From the NCBI RefSeq assembly GCF_009914755.1, contig NC_060940.1: a stretch of DNA of 64,000 nt. The stretch is one strand, 5' to 3'. This DNA is from the human T2T-CHM13v2.0 reference genome, Homo sapiens. The notes under the pieces are model-generated. The model was not told where the DNA came from. It saw only the letters and a list, made by a program, of their open reading frames with translations, and did no database searches. Positions 20,861 to 36,106 of this stretch are shown here, piece by piece; within the stretch, counting starts at the first letter, position 1, and each line of letters starts with the position of its first letter. The translations under genes were made by a program, and so were the position numbers.

Positions 20861-23800
20861 GGGTGGGCAGCACAGGGACACAAGCACTCATTACTGACAG
20901 TGAATGCATGAACTTCCTCCCCTGGGTCCCTCCCCTGCACAACCTGACTTACCCACCTAGAGGCTTTGGGAGACCCAAGAGGGATGGGTCCTACCCTCCA
21001 GGAGCCTGCAGGCTGCATGGGCAGAAGATCCAGGAGCTTGGCTAGGACCCCAAGCTAAAGAAAGCCCCGAGGTCCAGGGAGGGAGGCATCGGGTGAAAAA
21101 AAAAGGAGGGGGGCGCTGGAAGAGGGAGTTGTAGGGGACAGATGCCACCCGTCAAGGCTTTCCCTTCCCCCAAAGAACCCCCTTCCAGCTGAAACTGGTC
21201 ACACTGGGGCCCAGGAGTAAGGGATAAAGTGGGCCTGAGCCCAGTACATCCTCTGCAGGAGGCTGAAGTTTCTGAAACAAGAAGTGGGAGAGGGTTCAGT
21301 AGGAAGGTCCACAAGTGAGGTCGACCAAAGAGATCCTGCTGTTTCCCCATGAGTGCCACAAGGGACTGGGGTGGAAGGGCTGAGGCTGGACCAGTCCTGG
21401 ATGCAGTGGCCTTTTCTGTGTGTTCTTCCTCTGCTCCCTCAGGTCTGGAGGGCTGGGAGCCTGCTGCGTGCTCTGGAACTTTACTCAGGTCTTGTTGAGC
21501 CACTTTCTTTGGGAAAGTGTGGACCATGTCTCTTAAAGAACCAGAATTGCTTCTTTCCACCAAGGTCATTAACTGTGTGGAGAGGGAGAGAGCCCCTGTC
21601 AGAAATTGGGGGATGCAGACTGAACAATGAAGGAACATAGCAACAATGAAGGAACATAGGGACAATGACACCACCTTGAGTCCAGTGGAATGAGGTGCGG
21701 CTGCATTAAAGAATGAGGAAAGGGACAGAGACAGGTGTAAGAGACGATGGAACAATCAGCCAAGAAAGTCAGGGGGTTGGCTGGGCGCGGTGGCTCACAC
21801 CTGTAATCGCCGCACTTTGGGAGGCTGTGGCGGGCAGATGGCTTAAGCCCAGGAGTTCGAGACCAGCCTGAACAACATGGCAAAACCCCATCTCTACGAA
21901 AAATGCAAAAATTAGCCAGGCATGGTGGCATGCCCATGCAGTCTCAGCTACTTGGGAAGCTGAGGTGGGAGGATGGCTTGAGCCTGGCAGGCAGAAGTTG
22001 CAGTGAGACAAGATTTTTTAAAAGGCCAGGCATGGTGGCTCATGCCTGTAGTCCCAGCACTTTAGGAGGCCGAGGCAGGCAGATCACCTGAGGTCAGGAG
22101 TTCTGGACCAGCCTGGCCAACATGGTAAAACCCTGTCTCTACTAAAAATATAAAAATTAGCCAGGTGTGGTGGCACACACCTGTAATCCCAGCTACTCAG
22201 GAGGCTGAGGCACAAGAATCGCTTGAGCCTGGGAGGCGGAGGTTGCCAAGATTGTGCCACTGCACTCCAGCCTGGGCGACAGAGTGAGACCCTATCAAAA
22301 AAAAAAAAAAAAAAGTCAGGGATGGACGAAAGAGGCAGAAGCTGGTGGACACACAGCCAGACAGACAAATGGAAAGAGAGCCAGGGCAGTGCTGGGGCAG
22401 TTCAGACAAGAGAGGGGGCATGCCTGGACACTCAGAAGGTAGCCATGGGCAGGGATCTGTTTTTCATCACAGTTGTCTGACCACTGAGACACCTTGGGGT
22501 GGGAGGCTGATGGAAAGGGAGGGCTTCCTGGAGGAGCCTTTGAAAGGACCTATAGGGAATAGTGGAGGGAGTGAAGGTGGGAGTGGAGGGGAAGCTGTCT
22601 CAGCCAGAGGGCACAGCAGGAGCAAAGGCCTGGAGGCAGGAATTGGCTTGTTCAGTCCCAGCAGCTCTATGTCAGTCAGCATGGCCCCCACAGAAAGACT
22701 GAAAGAGGAAATGGCCCAGAACTGGAGCACCAGGCCTGTAAGCTGGGAGGGAGCATGGACTCTATGCTGAGGCACTAGGGAGCCATGGGAGGGGCATGTC
22801 TTGGTCAGATTCACCTTCCAGGAGGGTCTTTGAGGTTACCTAGTACAGAGACACTGGAGGAAGAGAGAGTGGAAGTGGGCAGACCAGGGGATGGTGGCAG
22901 AGAACTAGACAGTGGGTCCTTCGTGGAATCGAGCAAGCAAGTTCCCAAAGTAGATGGTTAGGACCTAGTGACACATAAGGGCAGGTGTACTGTTTTTCCA
23001 AGGAACTTTAGGCCAAGGCAGGAGGTCAGCTCTGATCACTCACCTCCCCCACTCACAGGATGGCCCCTGGTGTACTCTGGCCTAGCACACTCCCACCCAG
23101 CCAGGTCTGGGAACTCACATGGCCCCTCCCCAGACCTGGGAGACCTTGGCATCTACCCACTGGGCCCAGGAAAAGCCCCAAGAGGTGTCCAGTCCAGGGT
23201 GGAGGCACAAACAGACCTCCCACCCCACAGAAAGCTTGTTAAGACAGCACTCTCAACTCCCACCACCAGCCGTCTGTGCAATGATGACTCCACTGCCATG
23301 AGGGGTTAGGCTTGGGTCTGTTTGGGAAGCCAGTAGGTAGGGGAGGAGGGCCCAGATGAGCCCAGAAAGAACTCAGAGGCTGAGATCACATGGCCGACAG
23401 AGCAGGGTTCACCACGCCTTTTAGTCAGAATTTAGGGAGATGTGTGTTCCTGTCTGGGCCTGTTCTTTTGTGTGTCCTCAGGCAGACCACTTGCCTCCCT
23501 GGGCCAGACTTTCTTTGGGAACAGTCCCTGTTTTAGGACAGGACTCTGGCCTCAGCCCCCTGTAGCCATGGTCCAGGACCCCTGTCCACTCCAAGCCCTT
23601 TCAGCCACAGGAGCTGCTGGCAGAGCACATTGGTGACCTCACCAAGTAGCTGCTGGGTGATCATCATGGATCCCCCGCCGACAAAGAGCAAGAACCCTTT
23701 TGAGGGGGAGCCTGAAGGTGAAAGAAAAGGCCTTTCAGGAAATTAGCACCAGTGGCAGGAAAATTCATCAAAAGCTGGAGGAGGCGCCTGTGGCCGATTC

Positions 23801-24682
23801 ACGTCTCTTGCCAAAGAGGCAGCTCCTCTGACCTGGGGGAAGGGCTGGTAGCTTCCGGGGCCTTCTAGAGACCCCACATCCTTGGGCCTGTTGCTGGGCC
23901 TCTCAGCACCTGGCAGGGGTGCCACCATGGATTTGCTGCTCCCAAATCACAGGATTCTGCAGTGCTAGGAAAGGCTGCTGATGAGTAGGGGGTCTTGGGT
24001 TTTAATGTAACTCTTCCCTCTGCTGTGTGATCTCAGACACTCAACTGGCTTCTCTGATACTCCCTGCCAGGAGAAATCCTAACCTGCCTGGCCTCTAGGC
24101 GACCAATATATCCACAATACTCAGTATATCTGAGACAAGAATATTTTTCTGAAGAGTGAGGATGCAACTATACCCAAACAATCATTGGTAGTGGGAGGTC
24201 TCACGTGAGAAGCAGGGAGGCAGCCTGAATGTTGAACCCATTATTCTGGTAGCAGCCCCACCTGCCAGCATCCAGGTATGGCCGACAGAATAGCTGTTGC
24301 AGCACACACCTCCAGGGGGCACCATTTCCATGGTTTACAGTCTGAATGAGGCCTGAATGTAACCTGAGCTTCATGACTGCCTCCTCTGGGCTTGGTACCC
24401 ACAGGCACACTCACACTACACACGTGCCTCAGAGAATGCTCTGATTGGTTGATCACGATCACCACCTAACCTAAAGCATCCACATTGGTCAGGCTTTGGA
24501 GCCCGCACTTCTGCTCTAGCTATGCATGGCTCCCTTCAGCTCCCAGGGCAGGTCCAGTCCCAGGTCCAGCCAGATGATTTAGTGCTGATAGAAGCAGGAT
24601 CTTTTGAAAGAGCTATGGATGTAGCAGGCCCCAGAGGCTCAGGAAGTCCTTTCCAGGCCATGCCCTGGTTCTGGCACTGCTA

Positions 24683-24850
<168 letters not shown>

Positions 24851-24995
24851 TTAGCTGGGCATGGTGGTGCTCGCCTGTAATCCCATCTACTCGGGGGGCT
24901 GAGACAGGAGAATCGCTTGAAACGTTGAAACCGGGAGGCAGAGGTTGCAATGAGCAAGATCGCACCACTGCACTCCAGCCTGGGTGACAGAGTAG

Positions 24996-25404
<409 letters not shown>

Positions 25405-25811
25405 TAGACCTTATGTGAACTCAAATTGTTATCCTGTGCTTCCCTTACTGGCAACGTTTACAGATGGCTTTGTATCAACCAAAGCGTTGTACAACTCATA
25501 GCATTTCAGAGCTAGAAGGGACCATAAACAGTGTCATAGCCACCGTTCTTTGAACACTTACAACTTTGTGCTAGACACTAACCCAGGTACCTTCTGATGT
25601 TTTTGCCTGCACGGTACAGCCATTCCTTTTCCCGTGACACCACCCTGTCCTCGGCAATTCACCGTGTCCACACCACAGCTCAGGGATGACCAGATAACCC
25701 AGACTTGGACTATTAAGCTCAATCTCAAGATTTTTGTAGAAACATCAGGAAAGAGAATGGGTACCACTTGAGGGTGAGTCAGCATGTGAAGGAAGGTAAA
25801 ACGGAAAACTA

Positions 25812-26129
25812 GCCAGGTACAGTGGCATGTGCCTGCAGTCCCAGCTACTCGGGAGGCTGAGACGGGAGGATTGCTTGAGCCCAGGAGTTCTGGGCTGTAA
25901 TTCACTATGTTGATTAGGTGTCTGCACTAAGTGTGGCATCGATATGGTGATCTCCTAGGAACGAGGGACCACCAGGTAGCCTAAGGAGGGGTGAACCAGC
26001 CCAGGTCGAAAATGGAGCAGGTCAAAACTCCTGTGCTAATCAGTAGTGGGATCGTGCCTGTGAGTAGCTGTTGCACTCCAGCCTGGGCAATATAGCAAGA
26101 CCTCATCTCCAAAAAAAAAAAAAAAAAAA
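25812..26129 (+). pseudogene. Full-length 7SL (SRP RNA) retropseudogene with poly(A) tail
   Basis: Alu-like ends enclose the 7SL S-domain (...gcactaagtgtggcatcgatatggtgatctcc...gcctaaggaggggtgaacc...ggagcaggtcaaaactcc...); about 299 nt plus A tail; CpG decay. Confidence 0.93.
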
Positions 26130-26512
26130 GGAATAGTGAAATGAAATAGTTCACACTGAGAAACAGCCTTGAACGAATAAAATAAAATAAAATAGGCTGG
26201 GCGCTGTGGCTCACACCTGTAATCCCAGCACTTTGGGAGGCCGAGGAAGGCGGATCACTTGAGGCCAGGAGTTCAAGACCAACCTGAGCAGCAATATAGC
26301 AAGACACCCCCACCTCTAAAGAAAAAAAAAATTAAAGAGTTAAGTGACTGCATTTCTTCAACTGCAGGACTTCTCTGGGATCTCTCTCTCTCTGAGTCTA
26401 CCTGGCTATATGCCCTTGAATGAGTCCAGTCACCTGTTCTGAGTCTCAATTTCAAGAGCTACAAAATAAGACAGTAATTATTTCCCTCTTTATCCTTTAT
26501 TTATTTATTTAA

Positions 26513-27017
<505 letters not shown>

Positions 27018-27285
27018 TAGCCAGGATGGTCTCAATCTCCTGACCTCGTGATCCCCCCACCTCGGCCTCCCAAAGTGTTGGGATTACAGATGTGAGTCAC
27101 CATGCCCGGCCTTCCCTCTTTATCTTGAAGAAATTAAGGAGAGGCCAGCGAGAGAGTGTTTGGAAAATTGCTTTATGCAGTGGCTTGTGCCTGTAACCCC
27201 AGCACTTTCGGAGGCCAAGGTGGTAAGATTACTTGTGCCCAGAAGTTCGAGACCAGCCTGAGCAACATAACAAGACCCCGTCTCT

Positions 27286-27330
27286 GGAAGAAAGGAAGGA
27301 AGGAAGGAAGGAAGGAAGCAAGCAAGCAAG
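27286..27330 (+). repeat. (GGAA)n-(GCAA)n repeat expanded from an Alu middle A-rich linker
   Basis: Direct reading within an Alu. Confidence 0.85.
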
Positions 27331-27964
27331 CATGGATTAGCCAGGTGGAGTGGTGTGTGCCTGTGGTCTCAGCTATTGTGAGACTGAGGCAGGAGGATCA
27401 CTTGAGCCCAGGAGTTTGAGGCTGCAGCGAGCAATGATGCCACCACTGCACCCCAGCCTGGCTAACAGAATGTGACTCTATATTGAAAAAAGAAAAAGTA
27501 ACAATTAGCCAGACGTGGTGGTGTGCACTTGTAGTCCCAACTACTCAGGAGGCTGAGATGAGGATCGCCTGAGCCCAGGAGTTGGAAACTGCAATCAGCT
27601 AGGATCATGCCACTGCACTTGACTCAGGAAGACCCTGTCAAAAAAAAAAAAAAAGAAGAAAAAGAAAAGAAAGAAAGAAGAGAGAGAGAGAGAAAGAGGA
27701 AGAAAGAAAGAAAGAGAGAAAGAAATTCACTGAAGGGAAACCTGGGTTGTTCATCTTTGTGTCCATCTCCGTCACCAACACTACCTAAACTGCAAAGCAT
27801 GCTGGGAGCTCCCACTGGGCAGGAGGGAGCAAGATGAAGTTAGCATAAGCCGGGACTAGGGAAGCTATCAAGCCTGTGGGATGCCTTTGAGGTAGTTGAG
27901 TCCAGTCTTGTCTCATAGGCATTGGTGAGGGCACGCTGAGGGGCAATCATTCTGCCCAGCATAG

Positions 27965-28490
<526 letters not shown>

Positions 28491-29633
28491 TAGTAGAGAC
28501 AGGGTGTCTCCATGTTGGTCAGGCTGGTCTCGAACTCCCAACCTCAGGTAATCTGCCCGCCTCGGCCTCCCAAAGTGCTAGGATTACAGGCATGTGCCAC
28601 CGCGTGTGGAATTATTATTATTATTATTATTTTTAGACAGGGTCTGACTCTGTTGCCTAGGCTGAAGAGCTGCAGTGGCACAATCTCAGCTCACTGCAGC
28701 CTCGACCTCCCCACCTCAGATGATCCTTCCACCTCAGCCTCCTGGGTAGCTGGGACTACAGGCTTGCACCACCATACCCAGCTAATTTTTTGTATCTTTT
28801 TGTAGAGATGGGGTTTCATCATGCTGCCCAAACTGGCCTCGAGCTCCTGGGCTCAAGCCATTCACCTGTCTTGGCCTCCCAAAGTGCTGGGCTTACAGGC
28901 ATGAGCCACTGAGCCTGGCCTCTCTAAACTACACTTAATGAAGAGTGTGAATTGGTCTGGCCAAGAAAGGGGAGAAAGACAAGCTAGACAGAGGGAAGTT
29001 AGCCAGGCCTGGAGCAGACCAAAGCTGAATTCCTTGCCTATTTACTCAGTAGTGTCATCTCAAGGAAAAGAACGATTGTCTGCTTTCTAAATTGCCCTTT
29101 TTGTGTTCCTGGAGGGGAGGCAGGCTGGTGAGGTGTCCGTGGGCTAGTAATTATTTCTGCTTATTTACAAGGTAATATTACAGCATGATGAGAAAGCCTG
29201 CCTGTTTTGATGGTTCCAAGCTTGGAAAGTTTGGGAAAGAATCCAAGAACATGGCAGGTTATCAAGGCGTTATCAGCTGGGACACAAAAGGAGAGAAGGT
29301 AAAAGAGGCATTTGGATTCCAGAGTCAATAATGAGCCAGAAGTGAGTGTTGAATTATTCAACCTCCTGTATTGATCCATTGATCTCTATCTGCAGCTCTT
29401 GGTTTATTCTTGGTTGGCATTTCCTGTGTCTCAGACACTGATAAGAGAAATGGAAGGAGGAGGAGGAACAGATTCTTAAGACTCAAGAAAAGAGAAGAGG
29501 TGATGTCAAAGAGAAATTTGGCAACATACATCAGGAATCTTAAAATGTCCATATCTTTTGACCTAGTGGTTCTACTTTTGGAAATTGATCCTAAAAATAC
29601 TATCCAGAACTTTTTTTTTTTTTTTTTTTTTGA

Positions 29634-29741
<108 letters not shown>

Positions 29742-32496
29742 TGAGTAGCTGGGACTACAGGCGCCTGCCACTATGCCCGGCTAATTTTTTGCATTTTTAG
29801 TAGAGGCAGGGTTTCACTGTGTTAGCCAGGATGGTCTCCATCTCCTGACCTCATGATCCGCCCACCTCGGGCTCCCAAAGTGCTGGGATTACAGGCGTGA
29901 GCCACTGCACCCGGCCTGTATGTCCTAAATGTTCTACAAAAAAAGTACAAGTTTTAAATAACTTTAAAAAGTTTTAAGGGTGAGGGGAGAGACCCTCATA
30001 TGAAGGCTTCACAGTAAAGTAAACAAATTAGTGTAGAACTAAATCCTCCTAGAATCCAGGGGACTGCTATGTCCCAGGTGGGCTGACCATCTCCTTGGCC
30101 ATAGCATGGAGCCAAATGAATAAATGGATGCTGTGGGGCAGTCATTCCATGGAGGACAATCAGAGGCCGGTGAACATATTTAAAGAAGAAGTACAGCCTG
30201 GACAACATAGTGAGACCCCATCTCTAAAAAAAAATTTTTTTTTATTAATTACCCAAGCATGGTGGCACCTGTAGTCCCAGCTACTTGCTACTTGCTACTC
30301 AGGAGGCTGAGGTGGGAGGATTGCTTGACCCCAGGAGGTCAAGGCTGCAGTAAGCCATGATTGCACCACTGCACTCCAGCCTGGGTGAAACAGGAAGACC
30401 CTGCCCCAAAAGAGAAAGAAAGAAGAAAGATGAGTTTTCCCAACAGAGAAACAGGAGGAAGTCATGGTATGGGCACGTAGGGAATGGAAACAGGCCAGTA
30501 TGGCTGGATTGCAGGGTGCCATGGGGAGAAACGATGGGAGATAGTGTTGGAAAGTAGGGATTGTCAGGGGGTCATAAATGCTAGGCTGAGGGCCTTTGTC
30601 TTTCTGCCCCAAGTTTCTTCAATCTTGGGGGAGGGGTCTTAAGCAAAAGGGTGGTGTGGTTAGAGCTCATCCCAGCTCTCATCACATTATATTATTATTA
30701 TTACTACCATTATTATTGTTATTACCATTATTTTTATTCCCTAGCCCCTTAGTCTAGTCTGTTTCCCATCACTTGTCAGAAACTAGGAGAGCAGGGGAGG
30801 GGAAGGGGAGCAGTCCAAGGCAGCCCTCTAAGATCATCAGCCAGGCTTCCTGACCCCAGCTTGGCCCTCTTCCCACCACAGTAGGCTCAGTCCTGCCATC
30901 CCCAGGCACCCAGACAAACTCCTCCACCCCCAACCCCCATGACAAAGAGGCTCATTTGGAGCCCGGGCAAGATTTGCAAACGTCAAACTTATAATTACAA
31001 GGATGAAATCATCTGGTTCCTTTTAAGCAAACGGGTTTATTGATCCCAACACTAAAGAAATGCTATTCTGGGGAAACTTGCTCCTCTCTGCTTTCCTTTC
31101 CCTATGGGATGGCTGAGCTGGGGGAGGGTGGCTAGAGGGCTCAGAAGGGGGAGATGCCCCTGGGAGGGAGGGGAGATTCTCTGGGCCCAAGGGTGGATTT
31201 TACGGTATATAAATTATATCTCAAAAAGAAAAAAATTCTTTAGGGCCCAGGAAACTGCCACACTTGGGCAGATGACACCCTCATCCTGAATTAAGGCCCA
31301 TTGCCTTCTAAAAACTAGAAGCTGAGTGGAGCCAGGGTTTTAGGCAATGTGCCAGCCACTAATTTTCCTTGTCTCCCACTCCTCTCAAGTCTCATTTGTG
31401 GCTCCAGATCCTATTTCAGCTTCAAGATGGTACAATATTTTCTCAGTAACTGAAGGGAAACTATTTCCTTAGAAAAAATGCATCAGAGGCTCAGAGACTT
31501 CCTCTGTGAGGAGAGGCAAAGGTGGGTGGCTGCTGACACCAGACCTGGATAAAACCATCCTTTCTGCTGGGCCTGCAGAGGCAGGACATCTAGACTTTGA
31601 CCTTCCAAGCCAAGAAGGGACAAACAGGCTCAGAGATAGGAATGCACAGTCCTCAAGGGCAGACCCACATCCTGCCACAAGGCCCAAAATAGAACCCCTT
31701 TCTTCAACCTGTGGGGACCCTTCTAGAACATGGTGGGGTGCTCCCAGAGGAATAACCCCAGACATAGCCTTCTATGAGTTTGCAGTTCAGTGAGGGCAGC
31801 AGGCAGGACTTTTGGTATCTCCACTAGGTCTCAGAGTAGAATGATTAAAATCACCACCCTGGGGTCACTTAACCCCTGTGAATCTCCGTTGGCCCATCTG
31901 TAGAATAGGATCAATAATACTAAACTTACAGGGTTGTGGTGAGGAAGGAATGAAGATGATGTATCCCAATGCTTAGCTAGTTTCTTTAGAGTCGGGGGAG
32001 GGTCTCACTCTGTTGCCTAGGATGGCCTCAAACTCCTGGCCTCAAGTGATCCTCCCACTTCCACTTCCCAAACTACTGAGATTACAGGTGTGCACCACCA
32101 TGCCCAGCCCCCATTTTGTTATTTCAAATGGATCAGGGTCTCGTCACTGTCCTTTTTTACTTTTACTTTTTTTTTTTTTTTTTTGAGGCAGAGTCTTGCT
32201 CTGTCACCCAGGCTGGAGTGCAGTGGTGCAATCTCGGCTCACTGAAACCTCTGCCTCCCGGGTTCAAGTGATTCTCCTGTCTCAGCCTCCAGAGTGGCTG
32301 GGATTACAGGCACACGCTGCCACGCACAGCTAATTTTTTGTATTTCCGTGGAGACCGGGTTTCACTGTGTTGCCCAGGCTGGTCTCGAGCTCCTGAGCTC
32401 AGGCAATCCACCCGCCTCAGCCTCCCAAAGTGCTAGGATTACAGACGTGAACCATCGCTCCTGGCCTTATTTACTTTTTCAAAGTCTGTTTCCTCA

Positions 32497-32886
<390 letters not shown>

Positions 32887-33569
32887 CTAGGCAAGTGAGG
32901 GTTCCTGCGCTCTCCTCAGCTTCATTGTGTATTATCTACTTACCCACCCAAGATCAGCTTTAGGAGCCTGCAGGAGCAGCCACCCACCTAGGAAGTTAGG
33001 GAGATACTCAAGAGGAGGCCCTTGGTTGGCTTGAATCCTTACGAAAGGAAGATTCCAGATGACCGGACTTCAGATAATTCAGTCAGGTTTTGGGACGGTG
33101 GGGGCAGATGTTTCTTGGCACAGAAAAGACACCTCTAAGCCTCCATGAGTGGGCCTTAGTAGAGCTGGATCTTAGCAAACCCCCTTAGCAAACACCCATA
33201 GCATGGTGTCTGGGCCAACCCATACCCAACTCAACAGCTGCCAAAGCTGTTAGGAGCACAGACTTAAGTGTACCTTACATGGGTGAAAATTTCCTTTATA
33301 AATTTCCTTTAATTCTGTTTTTTTAAATAAGTGAAAAAAAATTAACAACCAAAAAGGCATATAGAGGTCAGCCGAGGAGATGGCCTCCTTCAGCCTGTGG
33401 CTTATTTCCCGGTCATCCTGGCTGTTGGATGCCAGACTACGACGAGTGTGGGTTACCCTGTGGCCTGGAGTTGCCCAAGGCTGTCTGTGGGGCTGCTGTT
33501 CTGGGTCTGCTTGGCAGGCTTTGCTGTCCCTTTCCCTTAGGACATCGTTCCTCCCCTCCTTGAGGCTGA

Positions 33570-34103
<534 letters not shown>

Positions 34104-34320
34104 TAGTAGAGATGGGGTTTTGCCATGTTGACCAGACCGGCCTCGAGCTCCTGATCTCAGGTGATCAGCCTGCCTCGGCCTCCCAAAGTGCTGGGATTAG
34201 GCCAGGCGCAGTGGCTCATGCCTGTAATCCCAGTACTTTGGGAGGCCGAGGCGGGCAGATCACCTGAGGTCAGGAGTTCGAGACCAGCCTGACCAACATG
34301 GCGAAACCCCGTCTCTACTA

Positions 34321-34521
<201 letters not shown>

Positions 34522-35410
34522 TTACGGGTATGAGCTACAGTGCCCGGCCACAGGACTAACTTTGAATCAAACTCTGCCATAAATCCCATGTCAGACTTTC
34601 TCCAGTTTGGGCTAAACAACTTCCCTAGAATTTATGGATCTTATTTTTTGCAGCTGATTGCACATTGAGTAAGTATATGGACTGGCAATCGGTTACATTC
34701 TTAACTCAGCTTGTTCTTCTTTAGAAACTTAAATTTATTGGGCTCCCACTGTGTGCTAGACCCACATAAAGGTTCTCACGCTAACACTGCAAACCTAGGA
34801 GTGTCTGCATTTTGGAAATAAGGAAACTGAGGTTTAGTGGTCCAATTCTTATCTAAGGCCCCAGCCAGCAGGTAGTGTAGCTGAGTGGGATCCCATCTAA
34901 GACCCATCTGACTCCAAAAGCCACGACCTTTCCACCATGACTCGGTTGGATTCTTTGGTCCGTTTCCACCTCAGTCTTCAACGTGCAGAGCCTACACCCC
35001 TGCCGGTCGGTTTAGGGACGAAAAGTCCCCAAGGACTTAGGTTTCCTCGCGTTCAAGTGACAATCTGGGGTTACTCCGCGCACCTGGGGAACCCAGAAGT
35101 TCCAGATGACCGAGGAAGGGCGGTAGAAAAGGCCTGCGCTGGCTACTCCCGTCTGCTAAAGGCCAGGCGGATCCCCCAACGACAGCTCCACGCCGAGTGG
35201 CCGCGGGCGAGCAGGGGGAAAAGGGCCCTGATGCGGAAGGAGCCCCGGGGCGCCACAGCCAGGCCGCTCCGCCAGCGGGCGGGTGGCGCATGCGCGGCGT
35301 GGGCCGCGGAGTTGTGAATGGTGCGTCTTGTTTGCCGGAGTTGGAGGCGGGCGGGCGCGCGAGGAGGAGGGGTGGGGCCGGCGGGGGCGGGGTGGGCGGT
35401 GAGAGGAAGT

Positions 35411-35505
35411 GGCGGCGGCGGCGGCGGCGGCGGCCGGGGGCGGTGAGCGCTGGGGCTGCGCGGGCGGCAGGCAACGGCTGAGGCGGCGGCGGCGGCGGCG
35501 GCGGC
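35411..35505 (+). repeat. Two perfect (GGC)8 tracts (35411-35434, 35482-35505) at the CBFB 5' end
   Basis: Direct reading. Confidence 0.95.
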
Positions 35506-35700
35506 GTGGGTTGGGCTCGAGCGGGCGGCGGCGCCTCAGACTCCCCGGAACGGGAGCCCACGCGGGCGGGCGCCTGAAACAAAGGGAAGCGGGCGTCCGG
35601 GCGCCGCGGGTGGGCGGTCAGTCGGTCAGCGCGGAGCCAGCCAGCGGGTGCCCGCGCAAGCCCCGAGCGCGGCCGGCCGGCGCGGCCTCAGGGCGGGAAG

Positions 35701-35778
35701 ATGCCGCGCGTCGTGCCCGACCAGAGAAGCAAGTTCGAGAACGAGGAGTTTTTTAGGAAGCTGAGCCGCGAGTGTGAG
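35701..35778 (+). CDS. CBFB: Core-binding factor beta, exon 1: MPRVVPDQRSKFENEEFFRKLSRECE
   Basis: ATG at 35701 (aagATG), donor GTGAGG at 35779; recognised CBF-beta N-terminus. Confidence 0.98.
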
Positions 35779-36019
35779 GTGAGGCAGGCGGGCGGGCGGC
35801 TAGGAGGCCGCAGCGCGCCCCGAGTGGGCCCGGGCGGAGAAAAGTTTGGGCGGCACGGTCCCCGGGAGTCCCGGTCGGTGCGCCCGCGGAGGGGCAATCT
35901 CGCCGGGGCGGCCATCGCCCGCAGCCTCTGCTTGCCCTTATCGGCGCTGCGCTGGGAGGGCGGGCGCGCGGGCGGCGCCGCGGATTTGGCTCCTGATTTC
36001 GGGCCGTCTTGCCTTGCAG

Positions 36020-36106
36020 ATTAAGTACACGGGCTTCAGGGACCGGCCCCACGAGGAACGCCAGGCACGCTTCCAGAACGCCTGCCGCGACGGCCGCTCG
36101 GAAATC
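36020..36106 (+). CDS. CBFB: CBFB exon 2: IKYTGFRDRPHEERQARFQNACRDGRSEI
   Basis: ttgcag|36020, donor GTAAGT at 36107. Confidence 0.98.
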
